A stretch of 64,000 nt of DNA from Octopus sinensis (GCF_006345805.1 NC_043025.1:3844001-3908000), one strand, 5' to 3'. Numbered from the stretch's first letter, positions 13,514-27,602 are shown. Program-made: numbers and translations. The notes: generated from the letters alone by a model not told the origin.

Positions 13514-13775
13514 ATATATATATATCTTATTTATATATATATATATATATATTATATATATTTATATATATTAATTATTATATATATTATATATATATAT
13601 ATAATTTTATATATATATATATTTATATATATATATATATCTATATCTATATATATAATATAATATATATATATTATATATATATATATTTATATATATA
13701 TATATAGATATATATATTTATATATATATATATAGATTATATATTTATATATATATATATATAGATATATATATT

Positions 13776-13832
<57 letters not shown>

Positions 13833-13869
13833 ATATATATATAAGCTACAGAAGGTCATAAATGAGGCG

Positions 13870-14788
13870 AGTGACCGGACATGCCTTCAGTCAGATCTAC
13901 TGGCTGTTATCCAATGGGCAGAAAAAAACAATATGCTGCTGACGAGGATAAATTTGAGCTATTCCACTTTGGAAAAGAGGATGCCCTGAAACTCCCATAC
14001 TCCCTTCCTTCAGGTGAAACTCTCACGGCGTCCAACAACATCAGAGACTTGGGGTAATTGTGGACAACAACGTAAGCTGGGCCACTCATATAAACACCAA
14101 GTTGACATGGCCCGCAGAATGTGTTCCTGGATTCTCAGAACTTCCAGTCGAGAGATATCCACACCATTATCCTCTCTTCTCCACTTTGCCCGACCCCACC
14201 TTGAATACTGTTGTCCACTGTGGTCTCCCCACACAATACAAGGTATCATAAAAGTCGAAGCACCTCAAAGGGCAATCACAAAAAAGATAGATGGCATGAC
14301 AGCCTCGACTATTGGGGTCGACTAGAAAAGCTAAAACTCTATTCTCTCCAACGTCGTCGTGAGCGCTACATCATCTGCATGATGTGGAAAATATTCCATC
14401 AGCTTGCCCAAATGATGTTGGCATCACCTTTAAGGTACATCCAAGGCTTGGGCCCCGTGCCATCCGCCCAAAACAAAAATCGCACTCTCATCTCATAACA
14501 ACAATACGGCACAATTATTTCACCTCAATTGGCCCGCTCTCTTTAACATTACACCAAAACACATTAAAACAGAAACTGACCCTATAGGGTTCAAGAAGTC
14601 TTTGGACAGATTCCTTCAAGAAATCCCGATAAACCCCCTACACCCGATATGTCTCTGTAAACAATAACTCTCTACTTGATGGCCATAGTGCCGAATTCTG
14701 ACTTGAAAGACTTCACCAGGTGGTGCTATTAGTTAGACATGGCCTGGGCCAATAATGGCCGAAACCTATCAAAGTACCTATCAAAGTA
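13870..14788 (+). mobile_element. CR1/Jockey-group LINE 3' fragment
   Basis: RPHLEYCCPLWSPH, QRAITKKI and LKLYSLQRRRERY; short tandem tatcaaagta tail. Confidence 0.85.
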
Positions 14789-14821
14789 TATATTTATATA
14801 TATATATATATATATAATATA

Positions 14822-14863
<42 letters not shown>

Positions 14864-14943
14864 CTATATATATTATTTATATATTATATAATATATATAT
14901 ATATATATATTATATTTATATATATATATATATTATATATATT

Positions 14944-15015
<72 letters not shown>

Positions 15016-15017
<2 letters not shown>

Positions 15018-15443
15018 CTCTACATCATCATCTGCATGATGTGGAAAATATTCCATCAGCATTGCCCAATGATTTTGGCATCACCTTTAAGGTACATCCA
15101 AGGCTTGGGCCCTGCCATCCGCCCAAAACAAAAATCGCACTCTCATCTCATAACAACAATACGGCACAATTATTTCACCTCATTGGCCCCGCTCTCTTTA
15201 ACATTACACCAAAACACATTAAACAGAAACTGACCCTATAGGGTTCAAGAAGTCTTTGGACAGATTCCTTCAAAGAATCCCGGATAAACCCTACACCCGG
15301 ATATGTCTCTGTAAACAATACTCTCTATTTGAGTGGCCATAGTGCCCAAATCTGACTTGAAAGACTTCACCAGGTGGTGCTATTAAGTTAACATGGCCTG
15401 GGCCAATAATGGCCGAAACCTATCAAAGTATCAAGTATCAAAG

Positions 15444-15445
<2 letters not shown>
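15016..15445 (+). mobile_element. Second, shorter copy of the same CR1-like 3' end
   Basis: Near-identical to 14362-14788, separated from it by (TA)n. Confidence 0.85.
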
Positions 15446-15480
<35 letters not shown>

Positions 15481-15551
15481 ATATATTTTTATATATATTT
15501 ATATATATATATATATATATATTATATATTATATATATATTTATAATTTAT

Positions 15552-15592
<41 letters not shown>

Positions 15593-15885
15593 ATATTTAT
15601 ATATAATATATATATATATATATTTATATATTTAATATATTTTATATATATATATATTTATATATTATATATTTATATATAATATTTTATATATATATAT
15701 ATTTATATATATATATTTATTTATATATATATATATTTATATATATATTATTTTTATATATATATTTATTTATATATATAATTTTATATATTATATAATT
15801 ATTTATATATATATATATTTATATATATATTTATTTATATATATATATTTATATATTATATATTTATTTATATATATATATATTT

Positions 15886-15916
<31 letters not shown>

Positions 15917-16122
15917 ATTTATATATATTTTTATATATATATATTTATATATATATTTTATATATATATATTATATTATATATATTTATATATATATATA
16001 TTTATATATATTTATTTATATATATATATATTTATATATATATATATTATATATATATATTTATATATATATATATTTATATATATATATATTTATATAT
16101 ATATATTTTATATATATATATT

Positions 16123-16153
<31 letters not shown>

Positions 16154-16290
16154 ATTTATAATATATATATATTTATATATATATATATTTATATATATAT
16201 ATATATTTATAATATATATACATATATATATATAGTATCATTATATATTATATTTAATATAATATTTATATATATATATATATATTTATT

Positions 16291-16321
<31 letters not shown>

Positions 16322-16350
16322 ATATAATTTATATAATATATTTTATATAT

Positions 16351-16381
<31 letters not shown>
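15446..16381. repeat. Degenerate (TA)n microsatellite, about 0.9 kb (similar tracts at 4617-4830, 13240-13845, 16975-17250, 63340-63770)
   Basis: Direct inspection. Confidence 0.97.
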
Positions 16382-16706
16382 TTATCGCCATACTAATATG
16401 GCATTCTTATAAAAATAAGAATAAAGCGTCCACTTATTAGCTCCATGAGGCCATCGCCTTAAGTTAGCTATTTGATACACAAACTGTATCCATATAACCT
16501 TCGAACAAGGAGGTCAGTCGCTCCACACTACTTGACCGGCAGCTACAGATGCGTTTCGGGGTATTGCCCCTGTTCAATGCAGCGTAGCCAGCCAGTAGGT
16601 GTCACTTCCGACAATCTCTGTTCGATGGTTTTATTTACCTAGTTTCGGTGGTAAATAAAACCATTGAACAGAGATTGTCGGAAGCGACACCTACTGGCTG
16701 GCTACG

Positions 16707-16745
16707 CTGCATTGAAAAGGGGCAATACCCCGAACGCATCTGTAG
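16707..16745 (+). ncRNA. Hammerhead-like motif with U3-A8 variant core, damaged; mirror copy at 16582-16543 (-)
   Basis: ctgca TTGAAAA gggg caata cccc GAA(A)C gc ATC tgtag; the mirror copy has intact GAAAC but TTGAACA. Confidence 0.5.
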
Positions 16746-16973
16746 CTGCCGGTCAAGTAGTGTGGAGCGACTGACCTCCCTTGTTCGAAGGTTATATGGA
16801 TACAGTTTGTGTATCAATAGCTAACTTAAGGCGATGGCCTCATGGAGCTAATAAGTGGACAGCTTTATTCTTATTTTTATAAGAATGCCATATAGTATGG
16901 CGATAACTATTATTTTCCGGGAACGCTGCCGCTGTTCTCTTTTAGAGAGACTTAGTAATTTTAATATTTCTAT

Positions 16974-17035
<62 letters not shown>

Positions 17036-17177
17036 TATATATATTTTATATATATATATATTTATATATATATATTATATATATATATATATAATTTTAT
17101 ATATATATATATATATATTTATTTATATAATATCTATTTATATATATATATATATTTATATATTATATATATATATT

Positions 17178-17247
<70 letters not shown>

Positions 17248-17348
17248 TATGTATGTAATACAAACATATTTTTATATATACAACTGTGGCCCTGATCCTA
17301 CCCATATTGAAGTATAACTGTTATTTTCTCTCTGGGGGTTACCTGCAG

Positions 17349-17458
17349 GCTGTCACAGAGTGCATTCAGTCAAGAAGGAAACAACTGGAAGAACTGGAAG
17401 AGGTTTTTCGTAAGCTTGATAATGACCCTGGGGCCCAGATTGATAAGTCCCTCCCAAG
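17349..17458 (+). CDS. C5orf22: Internal exon of UPF0489/C5orf22-like gene (missed by the ORF track)
   Basis: acctgcag|GCT and CCAAG|gtaaga; 110 nt, phase 0 in, 2 out, matching both neighbours. Reads AVTECIQSRRKQLEELEEVFRKLDNDPGAQIDKSLP. Confidence 0.88.
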
Positions 17459-17498
17459 GTAAGATATTACTCTATCTTTTTTTGTTCTCTGTCTCTCC

Positions 17499-17772
17499 AT
17501 GTATGTATGTATGTTTATATGTATGTATTATGTATGTATGTATTATGTATATATGTATGTATGTATGTATGTATGTGTATGTATGTATGTATGTATGTAT
17601 GTTGTATGTATATATGTATGTATGTATGTATGCATGTATGTTTATATGTATGTATGTATGTATGTATGTACGTACGTATGTATGTACCTATGTATGTATG
17701 TATGTATGTATGTATGTATGTATGTACGTACGTATGTATGTACCTATGTATGTATGTATGTATGTATGTATG

Positions 17773-17806
<34 letters not shown>

Positions 17807-18085
17807 CGTACGTATGTATGTATGTACGTACGTATGTATGTATGTATGTATGTATGTATTATGTTTATATGTTTGTATGTATGTAGGTATGTATGTATAT
17901 ATGTATGTATGTATGTACGTACGTACGTATGTATGTATGTATGTATGTATATATGTATGTATGTATGTATGTAGTATGTTATTTTATATGTATGTATGTA
18001 TGTATGCGTACTTTTGTATGTATTATGTAGTATGTATGTATGTATATGTATGTATGTTTATATGTATGTATGTATGTATGTATCT
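17499..18085. repeat. (TATG)n microsatellite
   Basis: Direct inspection; source of the MYVC ORFs. Confidence 0.97.
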
Positions 18086-18090
18086 ATCTA

Positions 18091-18122
<32 letters not shown>

Positions 18123-18125
<3 letters not shown>

Positions 18126-20361
18126 TCATCGTTTAACATTCGTTTTCCGTGCTAGCATGGGTTGGATGGTTCAACTGGGGTCTGAGAAGCCAGGAGGCTG
18201 CACCAAGCTCCAGTCTGATCTGGCAGTGTTTCTACAGCTGGATGCCCTTCCTAACGCCAACCACTCCATGAGTGTAGTGGGTGGTTTTTACATGCCACCA
18301 GCATGGAAGCCTCGGCTTCATTCGTATAGTGCATTTTACGTGCCACCAGCACAGGTATCACAACTACAATTTCCATTTGATTTTAGATGCTGGTGTACTT
18401 GACTCAATAGGTCTCCTCAAGCACAGCAGGTCACCCTACGATCCAAGGTATTTTGGATGGGCTGGGGCTGCTATGTGAAATTGGTGCAGGAAACAGCCAT
18501 GAACTCATGTTATTTGTCGGGTCTTCGCAGTCACGGCATGTTTCAATCGTTCGTCATTGCCTCTGTGAAGCCCAATGTTCAAAGGTCATGCTTGACCACC
18601 TCATCCCGTGTCTTCTTGGGTCTACCTCTACCCTGGATTCCTTCAACTGTTTGGGAGTGGCACTTCTTCACACATCTCTCCTCATCCATCCGCAGTACAT
18701 GACCATACCAGTGCAGACGTCTCTCTTGCACGCCATATCCAATGCTTCTTATGCCCAGCATTTCTCTCAGGGCACTTACATTCTGTCGTGTGTGCACACT
18801 GACATTACACATCCAGCGAATCATGCTAGCTTCATTTCTTTCAAGCCTACGCATGTCCTCTGAAATCATGGTCCATGTTTCACTACCGTGAAGCATGGCA
18901 ATTTGCACACATGCGTCGTACAATCTACCTTTCACTCTGAATGAGAGACCCTTTAATGCCAGTAGGGGTAGAAGCTTTCTAAACTTTGCCCAGGCTATTC
19001 TTATTCTAGTGGTAACACTCTCTGAGCATCAACCCTCACTACTAACTTGGTCACCTAGGTAGCAGAAACTATCAACTACTGCTAGTTTCGCCCCTAGGAG
19101 AGCAATGGAATCTGTTTTCTGAGTATCTGTGGTGTCTATTGCCTCTGTTCATCTGCTGCACACAAAAGCTATCTTCTCAGTCAATTTTCCTTTGATGGTG
19201 CTGCACCTCTTATGTGTCCCTAGCTTACACTGGGTACATCTTATGGAGTTTCTACCTACACCTTTTCTACAGATCGAGCAGGGTCACCTACCAGAAGGGG
19301 TGTGTGGTGTGTTTGCCTTCCTACTTACTAGGACTTTGGTCTTTGCTACATTGACTCTAAGGCCTTTTGATTCTAAACCTAGCTTCCATCCCCGAAATTT
19401 CTCTTCTAGTTTGGGTAGTGATTTTGCTATGAGGGCCAGGTCATCAGCATAGAGGAGCTCCCAGGGACAACCCGTCTTAAATTCCTCTGTTATTGCCTGG
19501 AGGACTATGATGAATAAAAGGGGACTGAGGGCTGAACCTTGGTGGACCCCTACTTCTACCCGGAATTCTTCACTATACTCATTGCCAATCCTAACTTTAC
19601 TAACGGCCTCTCTGTATAGGGCCTGTACAGCCCTTATTAACCATTCGTCAATCTCCATTTTCCGCATCGCCCACCAGATAAGGGATTGGGGGGACCCTGT
19701 CAAAGGCTTTTTCCAAGTCCACAAAAGCTAAGTAGAGGGGTTTATCTTTAGCTAGGTATTTCTCCTGCAGTTGTCGTACCAGGAATATGGCATCAGTGGT
19801 GCTTCTACCCAGCACAAAACCAAACTGCATCTCATCTAAGCAGACTCTCTCCCTAATGAGATGTGCTATGACCCTCTCTGTGACTTTCATCACCAGATCC
19901 AGCAGTTTAATACCCCTGTAGTTAATTCTATCTAGAGCATCACCTTTACCCTTGTAGCAGTTGACTATGGTGCTGCTACGCCAGTCATTGGGTATGACTC
20001 CATTATGAATTACCTGGTTTACAATGCGGGTGACTAGGCCATAGACCACCAGATGCTTTAAGCATCTCAGCAGTGATTCCAGATGGGCCGGGGGCTTTTC
20101 CTGGTTTCATACCCTTAATTGCTTTATCTATTAGGGAGCTGCCTATTCGGATAGCTGGTCCCTCTACTGGGTCAACATTTGGCAGGCTCTCCTCCCATTC
20201 ATTCTCCACGTTCAGTAGCCTTTCATAATGGCTTCCCCAAGCCTCTTTCTTTTCAGAATCATTAAAAGCAAGTGCACCATCATCCATGCGGACGCATTTC
20301 TCCCCTGTGACATCACAATTTTCTCTCACACACTGTCTAACAATCCGAAATACCCCAGTTC
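18123..20361 (-). mobile_element. RTE-clade LINE remnant (copy C), inverted relative to copy B
   Basis: Same RT motifs on the minus strand; long stretches identical to 2590-3790 including disabling mutations. Confidence 0.92.
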
Positions 20362-20409
20362 TTTATATATCTATCTATCTATCTATCTATATATATATAT
20401 ATATATAAA

Positions 20410-21250
20410 ATTGTAAAACTGATTATTGTGTATGCTTATATATAGGTGGCTGAGGATAAATGTCCTCCATAGGACCATCATGGTTTCCTTATCTCTGGTT
20501 CTGAATGTTCTCAGGATCCATCCAGCCAGTCATCTGCACTTTGTCGTCATACTGTTAATGTGCACTTGGAAAGAGGTATCATCACTCATGTCGATACCCA
20601 GGTCCCTCACTGACTTAGGCTCTGGGATTGAAATTCCCTGTGGACCGTTGTACCCTGTAAGTTTCATATTCAGTTTTGGATGCTGGTAGCACAGGGCTTG
20701 GAACTTTTCAGCGTTAAACTGCATATTATTATCCTCACCTCATCTGTGAATTGTTTCATTCCTGCTGCAGGTGTGCAACATCGCTGGTGTTCTGTATTTT
20801 CTGCAAGACTTTCATATCATCTGCATAGCTTGCAAGGGTGGCTATCTGGGCAGTTGAGAGCATAACTGAGAGGGCCCCTATGAAAAGCAGTGGTCCCAAG
20901 ACAGTGCCCTGTGGAACACCGTACACTATTTGCATTTCCATTGATGTGGCTCCATTGGCCACTACTGCCTGGCTCCTATCTTTCAGAAAGTCATGTAAAA
21001 ACTCTACAAGTTTCCAGCTATGCTGAGGTCACGCAGTTTGTGGCATATCATACCCATGATCCACTTTATCAAAAGCTTTTGCAAAATCAAGGTATATTAC
21101 ATCCACATTTGATTTGTTGAGTAACTGCCTCAACACCCAGTCATAATGCTGTAAGAGCTGGGTCAGGCAGCTCCTACCTGGTTGAAAACCATGCTGGGTA
21201 TCACTCAGCAAGTTATTTTCTTCAAGGAATGCGATTAGTTTCCCTCTGAC
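20410..21250 (-). mobile_element. CR1/Jockey-group LINE RT fragment
   Basis: QHGFQPGRSCLTQLL, YLDFAKAFDKVDH, GVPQGTVLGPLLF and YADD on the minus strand, frameshifted. Confidence 0.88.
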
Positions 21251-21461
21251 TATATTTATAAATATATATCATCATCGTTTAACGTCTGTTTTCCATGCTA
21301 GCATGGGTTGGACTATATATATATATATATAATAATATATATGTATAAATATATTTATAATGATAAATCGCAGAGCGAGTTATATTTATAATTATATATA
21401 TATTTATAATATATATATATATATAATATATATATATGAAAATATATATATGAAAATATAT

Positions 21462-22793
21462 CAGCCTCATCTGGCACCTGTGTCGGTGGCACATAAAAAC
21501 ACCTTCCGAAGACCCGGCAAGACTAGTCAGTCCACCTGTGCATACCTTCCTTCTTGTGACACTTGTGAAGACCTGTTGAGGCAAGTGAAAATCAAATCAA
21601 ATCAAAATAGATGAACATCAATGGAATTTGTATCTTTGTGGTACCAGTGCCTGTGGCACACAAGAAAACCATCCGAACGTGGCCGTAGTCAGTACCGCAT
21701 CGACTGGCCATCGTGCTGTGGGCACAATAACAAACACCATCCGATCGTGGCCGTTCGCCAGCCTCATCTAGCACCTGTGTCGGTGCACATAAAAACACCA
21801 TCCGAAGACCCGGCAAGACTAGTCAGGCCATATCCCATGGCCCCTACCTGGGACGTAGTCAGTCCACCTGTGCATACCTTCCTCCTTGTGATACTTGGAG
21901 GCCTGTTGAGGCAAGTGAAAATCAAAATGAAATCAAAACAAATCAAATCAAATCAAATCAAAACAAATCAAAATAGATGAACATTAATGGAATTGTATCT
22001 TTGTGGTACCAGTGCCGGTGGCACACAAGAAAACCATCCGAACGTGGCCGTAGCCAGTACCGCTCCGACTGGCCTCCGTGCTGTGGGCACGTAACAAACA
22101 CCATCCGATCGTGGCCGTTCGCCAGCCTCATCTGGCACCTGTGTCGGTGGCACATAAAAACACCATCCGAAGACCCGGCAAGACTAGTCAGGCCATAACC
22201 TGTGGCCCCTACCTGGGACGTAGTCAGTCCACCTGTGCATACCTTCCTTCTTGTGACACTTGTGAAGACCTGTTGAGGCAAGTGAAAATCAAAACAAATC
22301 AAAATAGATGAACATCAATGGAATTTGTATCTTTGTGGTACCAGTGCCGGTGGCACGTGGCACACAGAAAACCATCCGAACGTGGCCGTAGCCAGTACCG
22401 CATCGACTGGCTCCGTGCTGTGGGCACGTAACAAATACCATCCGATCGTGGCCGTTTGCCAGCCTCGTCTGGCACCTGTGTCGGTGGCACATAAAAACAC
22501 CATCCGAGCATGGCCGTTTGCCAGCCTCGTCTGGCACCTGTGTCGGTGGCACATAAAAACACCATCCGAGCATGGCCGTTTGCCAGCCTCGTCTGGCACC
22601 TGTGTCGGTGGCACATAAAATCACCCACTACACTCTCGAGTGGTTGGCGTTAGGAAGGGCATCAAGCTGTAGAAACACTGCCAGATCTGACTGGACTGGT
22701 GCAGCTTTCGGGCTCCCCAGACCCCAGTTGAACCGTCCAACCCATGCTAGCATGGAAAGCGGACGTTAAATGATGATGATGATGATGATGATG
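21462..22793 (+). repeat. Tandemly amplified RTE 3'-UTR segments ending in one (GAT)n tail
   Basis: Block ccgaagacccggcaagactagtcag...aaatcaaa...gtggcacataaaaacac repeated at about 21500, 21805 and 22165, then 62-bp repeats and the tail. Confidence 0.85.
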
Positions 22794-22935
22794 ATATGAA
22801 TATATATATATATATATATGAATATATATATATATATATATGAAATATATATATATATGAAAATATATATAATATATATATATATATATGAATATATGAT
22901 ATAATATTATATATAGAAATTATATATATATATAT

Positions 22936-22983
<48 letters not shown>

Positions 22984-23006
22984 TATATATATATACACAC
23001 ATATGT

Positions 23007-23340
23007 GAAGGCGCATGGCTCAGCGGTTAGTGCATTGAGCTTACGATCGTGAGGTTGTGAGTTTGAATCCGGACCGGGCTGCGTGTTGTGTTCTTGAGCA
23101 AGACACTTTATTTCATGTTGCTCCAGTTCCCTCAGCTGTAGAAATGAGTTGCAACGTCACAGGTGCCAAGCTGTATTGACCTTTGCCTTTCCCTTGGAGA
23201 ACATTGGTGGCATGGAGAGGAGAGGCCGGTATGCATGGGCAACTGCTGGTTTTCATAAACAACCTTGCCTGAACTTGTGCCTGGGAGGGTAACTTTCTAG
23301 GTGCAATCCCATGGTCAGTCATGACCGAAGGGGGTCTCAG
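23007..23340 (+). mobile_element. Second tRNA-derived SINE family (related copies at 40088-40345 +, 51870-52205 -, 7990-8250 -, 61460-61560 +)
   Basis: tggctcagcggttag A box, gtttgaatcc B-like box and shared ttgagcaagacacttta central block. Confidence 0.75.
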
Positions 23341-23380
23341 CATATACATATATATTTATAAATATATTTTTATATATATA

Positions 23381-24330
23381 CTAGCAGTATAGCCCAGCGT
23401 TGCCCGGGATTAAGTTAGGATTATTAAGCTAATAAAGCACTTTGTTTCATTTCAAACTAAGTAACACCGATGTCAAATTTTAGCGAAATCCATTGAAATT
23501 GGTAAACGTTTGGTTGAAAATGGGTTGCAGACAATTTGATTGGGAAATCCCATAAGGAATCGGTTTATTGATTTTTCCACTCATCGATTGTTTTTTTTTC
23601 TTTCTGGAGAACTTAAAGCATTCAAAGATCCAATGAGAAATGCCAGCATCAAGTTTGAACAAAATACATCAAAATTGGTAAAAGTTATGGTTGAAAATGG
23701 GGTGTAGCTAATTTTAGTGAGAAATCCTATAAGGTATAGGTTTATCGATTTTTCATCCTGATTGAATGGAAAACCCCATAAGGAATCAGTTTATTGATTT
23801 TTCATCCCAAATAGGTCTTAACCGAACACAACATTGGTAATTCAAAAAGATCTAAATATATACTTTAAAGTTGGTTTTCACACCCAACCCAGTTCTGCAG
23901 TATCAGTGCCATGATGGGAATGCCTGGGTTGGGGGTTTGACCAGCAGGGATCAGGTTGCACATGCTGGCCCAGTGGACTTCTTTGCTGCCTCAAGTTAAT
24001 CAAAGGACAAACTAAGTATGTCTACCTGCTGGAAATAACAGTCAAAACTCTTATTTAAATCACCAAAATACACTGTACGAAGGTAAACGGGCTAAGACAA
24101 TCTCCCAATGTACATTCAAGTATTTGGACCCACGTGGACTGGTTTCTGCACTGGCAAAAATAGCCTCAGCTTCCTCAGCACACGTTACCATGATGGAGAC
24201 TCCTAACCCGTCATATTGAAGTCTGCGCTGCAAAGGATTCGTTTTGCTCCGAAATCATGGCAGCCACTAGTATGAAAAGAATTTGCCTTCAGCAAATAAT
24301 TAATCCTTCAGTTATTATTATATATATATA
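23381..24330 (-). mobile_element. Probable non-autonomous Helitron
   Basis: Same ctagcagtat-gccc..cgttgc.cggg 3' terminus as 7600; the 5' end is approximate, inside (TA)n. Confidence 0.55.
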
Positions 24331-24501
24331 TATATATATATCATCATCATCATCATCATCGTTTAATGTCCACTTACCATGCTAGCATGGGTTGGACGGT
24401 TTCACTGAGGGCTGGCAAACCAGATGGCTGCACCAGGCTCCAGTCTTGATCTGGCAGAATTTCTATAGCCGGATGCCCTTCCTAAAGCTATATATATATA
24501 T

Positions 24502-24796
24502 CACCGTGACCGACCAGGCTATTAGATGTTGCTACACATCACTGGTCACAATGCGCTTCGCATTGTTTTAACCTTCAAATGACGCCACCCCGCTGGCTAA
24601 GCGAGCAGGCCAATATAAGAGTGAGAGAAAGTTGTGGCGAAAGAGTACAGCAGGGATCGCCACCACCCCCTGCCGGAGCCTCGTGGAGCTTTAGATGTTT
24701 TTGTTCAATAAACACACACAACGCCCGGTCTGGGAATCGAAACCTCGATCCTACGATCGCAAGTCCGCTGCCCTAACCACTGGGCCATTGCGCCTC
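24502..24796 (-). mobile_element. tRNA-derived SINE, same family as 34186
   Basis: Head gaggcgcaatggcccagtggttagggcagcgg...gtttcgattcccagaccggg on the minus strand. Confidence 0.85.
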
Positions 24797-24829
<33 letters not shown>

Positions 24830-25865
24830 TATACACCTACACACATATATATATAAACATATACATAAAGACTATGAGAGACAACAGATGTGTTTGAGAG
24901 AATCTCATTAGAGAAAAACTCTTGATAGTGCTTAAAGGATTTGATCTTATGCTGTGATATTTTCACCAAAGACTAAGTTAGCAGGGCAAAAAGGGGCCTC
25001 GAGGGGAATCCAAGCCTTCTCTTTTCACATGGATATATATTTTATACATTAAAACCCAAGGTTTAATCTGTTTCTGTAAATCATTATCTCCATATCTGTT
25101 CACTTAAATTCCTCTTATAGCCACTCCTCACCCTGTTGGTTCAATCCTTGGTAAAGATATTCGAGTCTGTCTGTCTGTCTATCTGTATGTCTGTGTGTGT
25201 GTGTGTATGCCATAGTTGGGGTTGCATAATTAAGAAGCTTGCTTCCCAACCACTTAGTTCAAAGATCAGTCCTACTGGGTGGCATCTTTGGCAATTATCT
25301 TTGAATAGTAATAAAAGGAAACTGAAAGAAGCCCCTTATATATATGTGTGTGTATGCGAGTTGGTATCTCTTTGTCAGCCTTGTATCTTCTGGTCTTTAT
25401 TACACGACTCTTGTTCTTGTCCTGTCATACTTTCACCTCCCAGCACCTGACACAAAGCCACCTTTCCTCCCTCTCAAATACTCCTTGCTCTTAGGTGATG
25501 GTCTTTTTTCCTGACTTGCAAGTTATTAGGTGGCCTTATTAGTGCTGGTGCCATAAGAAAAAAACACCCAGTTCACTCTCTAGAGTGGTTGGCATTAGGA
25601 AGGGCATCCAGCTCTTGCGACTATGCCAAAACAGACATTGGAGTTTGATGCAGCTGTGCAGCTTTCTGGGTCCTGTCAAACTGTCAAGCAAACTCTGCAG
25701 TGAAATAAGAAGTTGAGCACTTGGTGCAACGACTGAGGCAGCATGTGCGCAAAGAGGTGGTGGCTGGCATCCTCAGCCAGAGCTCATGGTGGGGAAGCGA
25801 ATGAGTTGAGAGCAATAATCAATGAGAAAAAGAAAGAACAGAAAGCTGATCAACCATGGATGTTA

Positions 25866-25897
<32 letters not shown>

Positions 25898-25928
25898 CGA
25901 TGACGATGATGACGACGACGACGACGAC

Positions 25929-25968
<40 letters not shown>

Positions 25969-26094
25969 GTTGTTGTTATCTTTTTTTTTCTTCTTCTTTC
26001 AAATTTGCTTCCATTTCTTGCCGAGTGTCTTCCCGACTCCTATTATTATTATTATTACAATGTCCCAATTGTCTGTGTCTCTCTCTTCTTTCAG

Positions 26095-26304
26095 AAGTGA
26101 TCTGCTGACCTGTCTTGTGGACAGCCTGCATAAAAATTCCTCAACCCCAATTGACTTCCTTATACTGCATGATGCTGGCTGCACGTGTGATGACACTGAA
26201 CTGCCCCACCATGTAAGCTCTCTGGCACAAATTGAACAGTTGATCAAATACACTGACATTTTTATGTCACATTTACCAAAACCAAAGCTGGTTACAATAG
26301 CAAG
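26095..26304 (+). CDS. C5orf22: Internal exon of UPF0489/C5orf22-like gene
   Basis: ctcttctttcag|A and GCAAG|gtaggt; phase 2 in and out. Reads LHDAGCTCDDTELPHHVSSLAQIEQLIKYTDIFMSHLPKPKLVTIAR, with the family ELPHH and LP.P.LVTIARS motifs. Confidence 0.93.
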
Positions 26305-26943
26305 GTAGGTTGTTATTATTATTATTATTAATATTTTTATTATTAATATTATTATTAATATGATTATTAATATGATTATTATTATTATTATTATTATTGA
26401 GTGAGAGAGCAGTGCATGCCATCAAAGTGACACTGAACTAGAATATACGAAGCCCAATATACCCATCATGACTACCCGTCTGATAAGGGTACACCAGGCA
26501 CATGCATCACAACCATATATGCCCGACATAGTGATCTCATATGAATATAAACAGCACATGACCTTGCAGGTGGGGCTCAGTTAGAATTTTCTTCTGGTCG
26601 AGTAACCCATCCCTCTCAAAAGGTCCCTGAATAAGGGTTGTTTAAGGATGTTGAATGAAACACCTATGTTTCCAGAGGTGATGCTATGATGCTCCCCCAC
26701 TACTTCTGCTCGTGATCAGAGATGCACATATCGTCAGCTCAACTGGTTAAGGTCAAACAACTGACAAGCAAATCTGTGGTATTGAGCAGAATATTTGCTG
26801 TAGCCCATCTTTTATACCAAGACAAAACAATGTACATGATAACACTTCCTAGCAGTTAAGATCAGAAGCCATGAGAGCCACTGCCTGGTACTGCATCAGG
26901 GCATTTATTATTATTATTATTATTTTTATTATTATTATTATTA

Positions 26944-27150
26944 AGTCGACAAGCTGGCACAGTTGTTAGCATACCATGTGAAATGCTTAGTGGTATTTCA
27001 TTTGGTCGTTATGTTCTGATTTCAAATTCTGCTGAGTTTGACTTTGCCTTTCATCCTTTTGGGGGGTCAATAAAATAAGTACCAGTGAAACATTAGGGTT
27101 GATGTAATCCACTTGTCCCCAAAATGGCTGCCCTTGCAGCAGAATTTGAA
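26944..27150 (+). mobile_element. Third SINE family (also 4833-5025 +)
   Basis: Shared gttctga.ttcaaattctgc...actttgcctttcatccttt...ataaa.taagtacc block, resembling a MetaSINE-type domain (recalled, not verified). Confidence 0.6.
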
Positions 27151-27151
27151 A

Positions 27152-27152
27152 C

Positions 27153-27189
<37 letters not shown>

Positions 27190-27203
27190 ATTATTATTAT
27201 TAT

Positions 27204-27238
<35 letters not shown>

Positions 27239-27299
27239 GTAATATTATTATTTTATTATTATTATATTATTATTATTATTATTTATTATTATTATTATG

Positions 27300-27364
<65 letters not shown>

Positions 27365-27514
27365 TATTATTATTTTAATAATAATATATTATTATTATAT
27401 TATTATTATTATATATTATTAATTATTATTATTAATATTATTATTATTATATTATATATTATTATTATTATTTTATTATAATTATTATTATTATTATCAT
27501 TATTATTATTATTA

Positions 27515-27563
<49 letters not shown>

Positions 27564-27568
27564 TATTA

Positions 27569-27600
<32 letters not shown>
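27152..27600. repeat. (ATT)n microsatellite
   Basis: Direct inspection. Confidence 0.97.
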
Positions 27601-27602
<2 letters not shown>

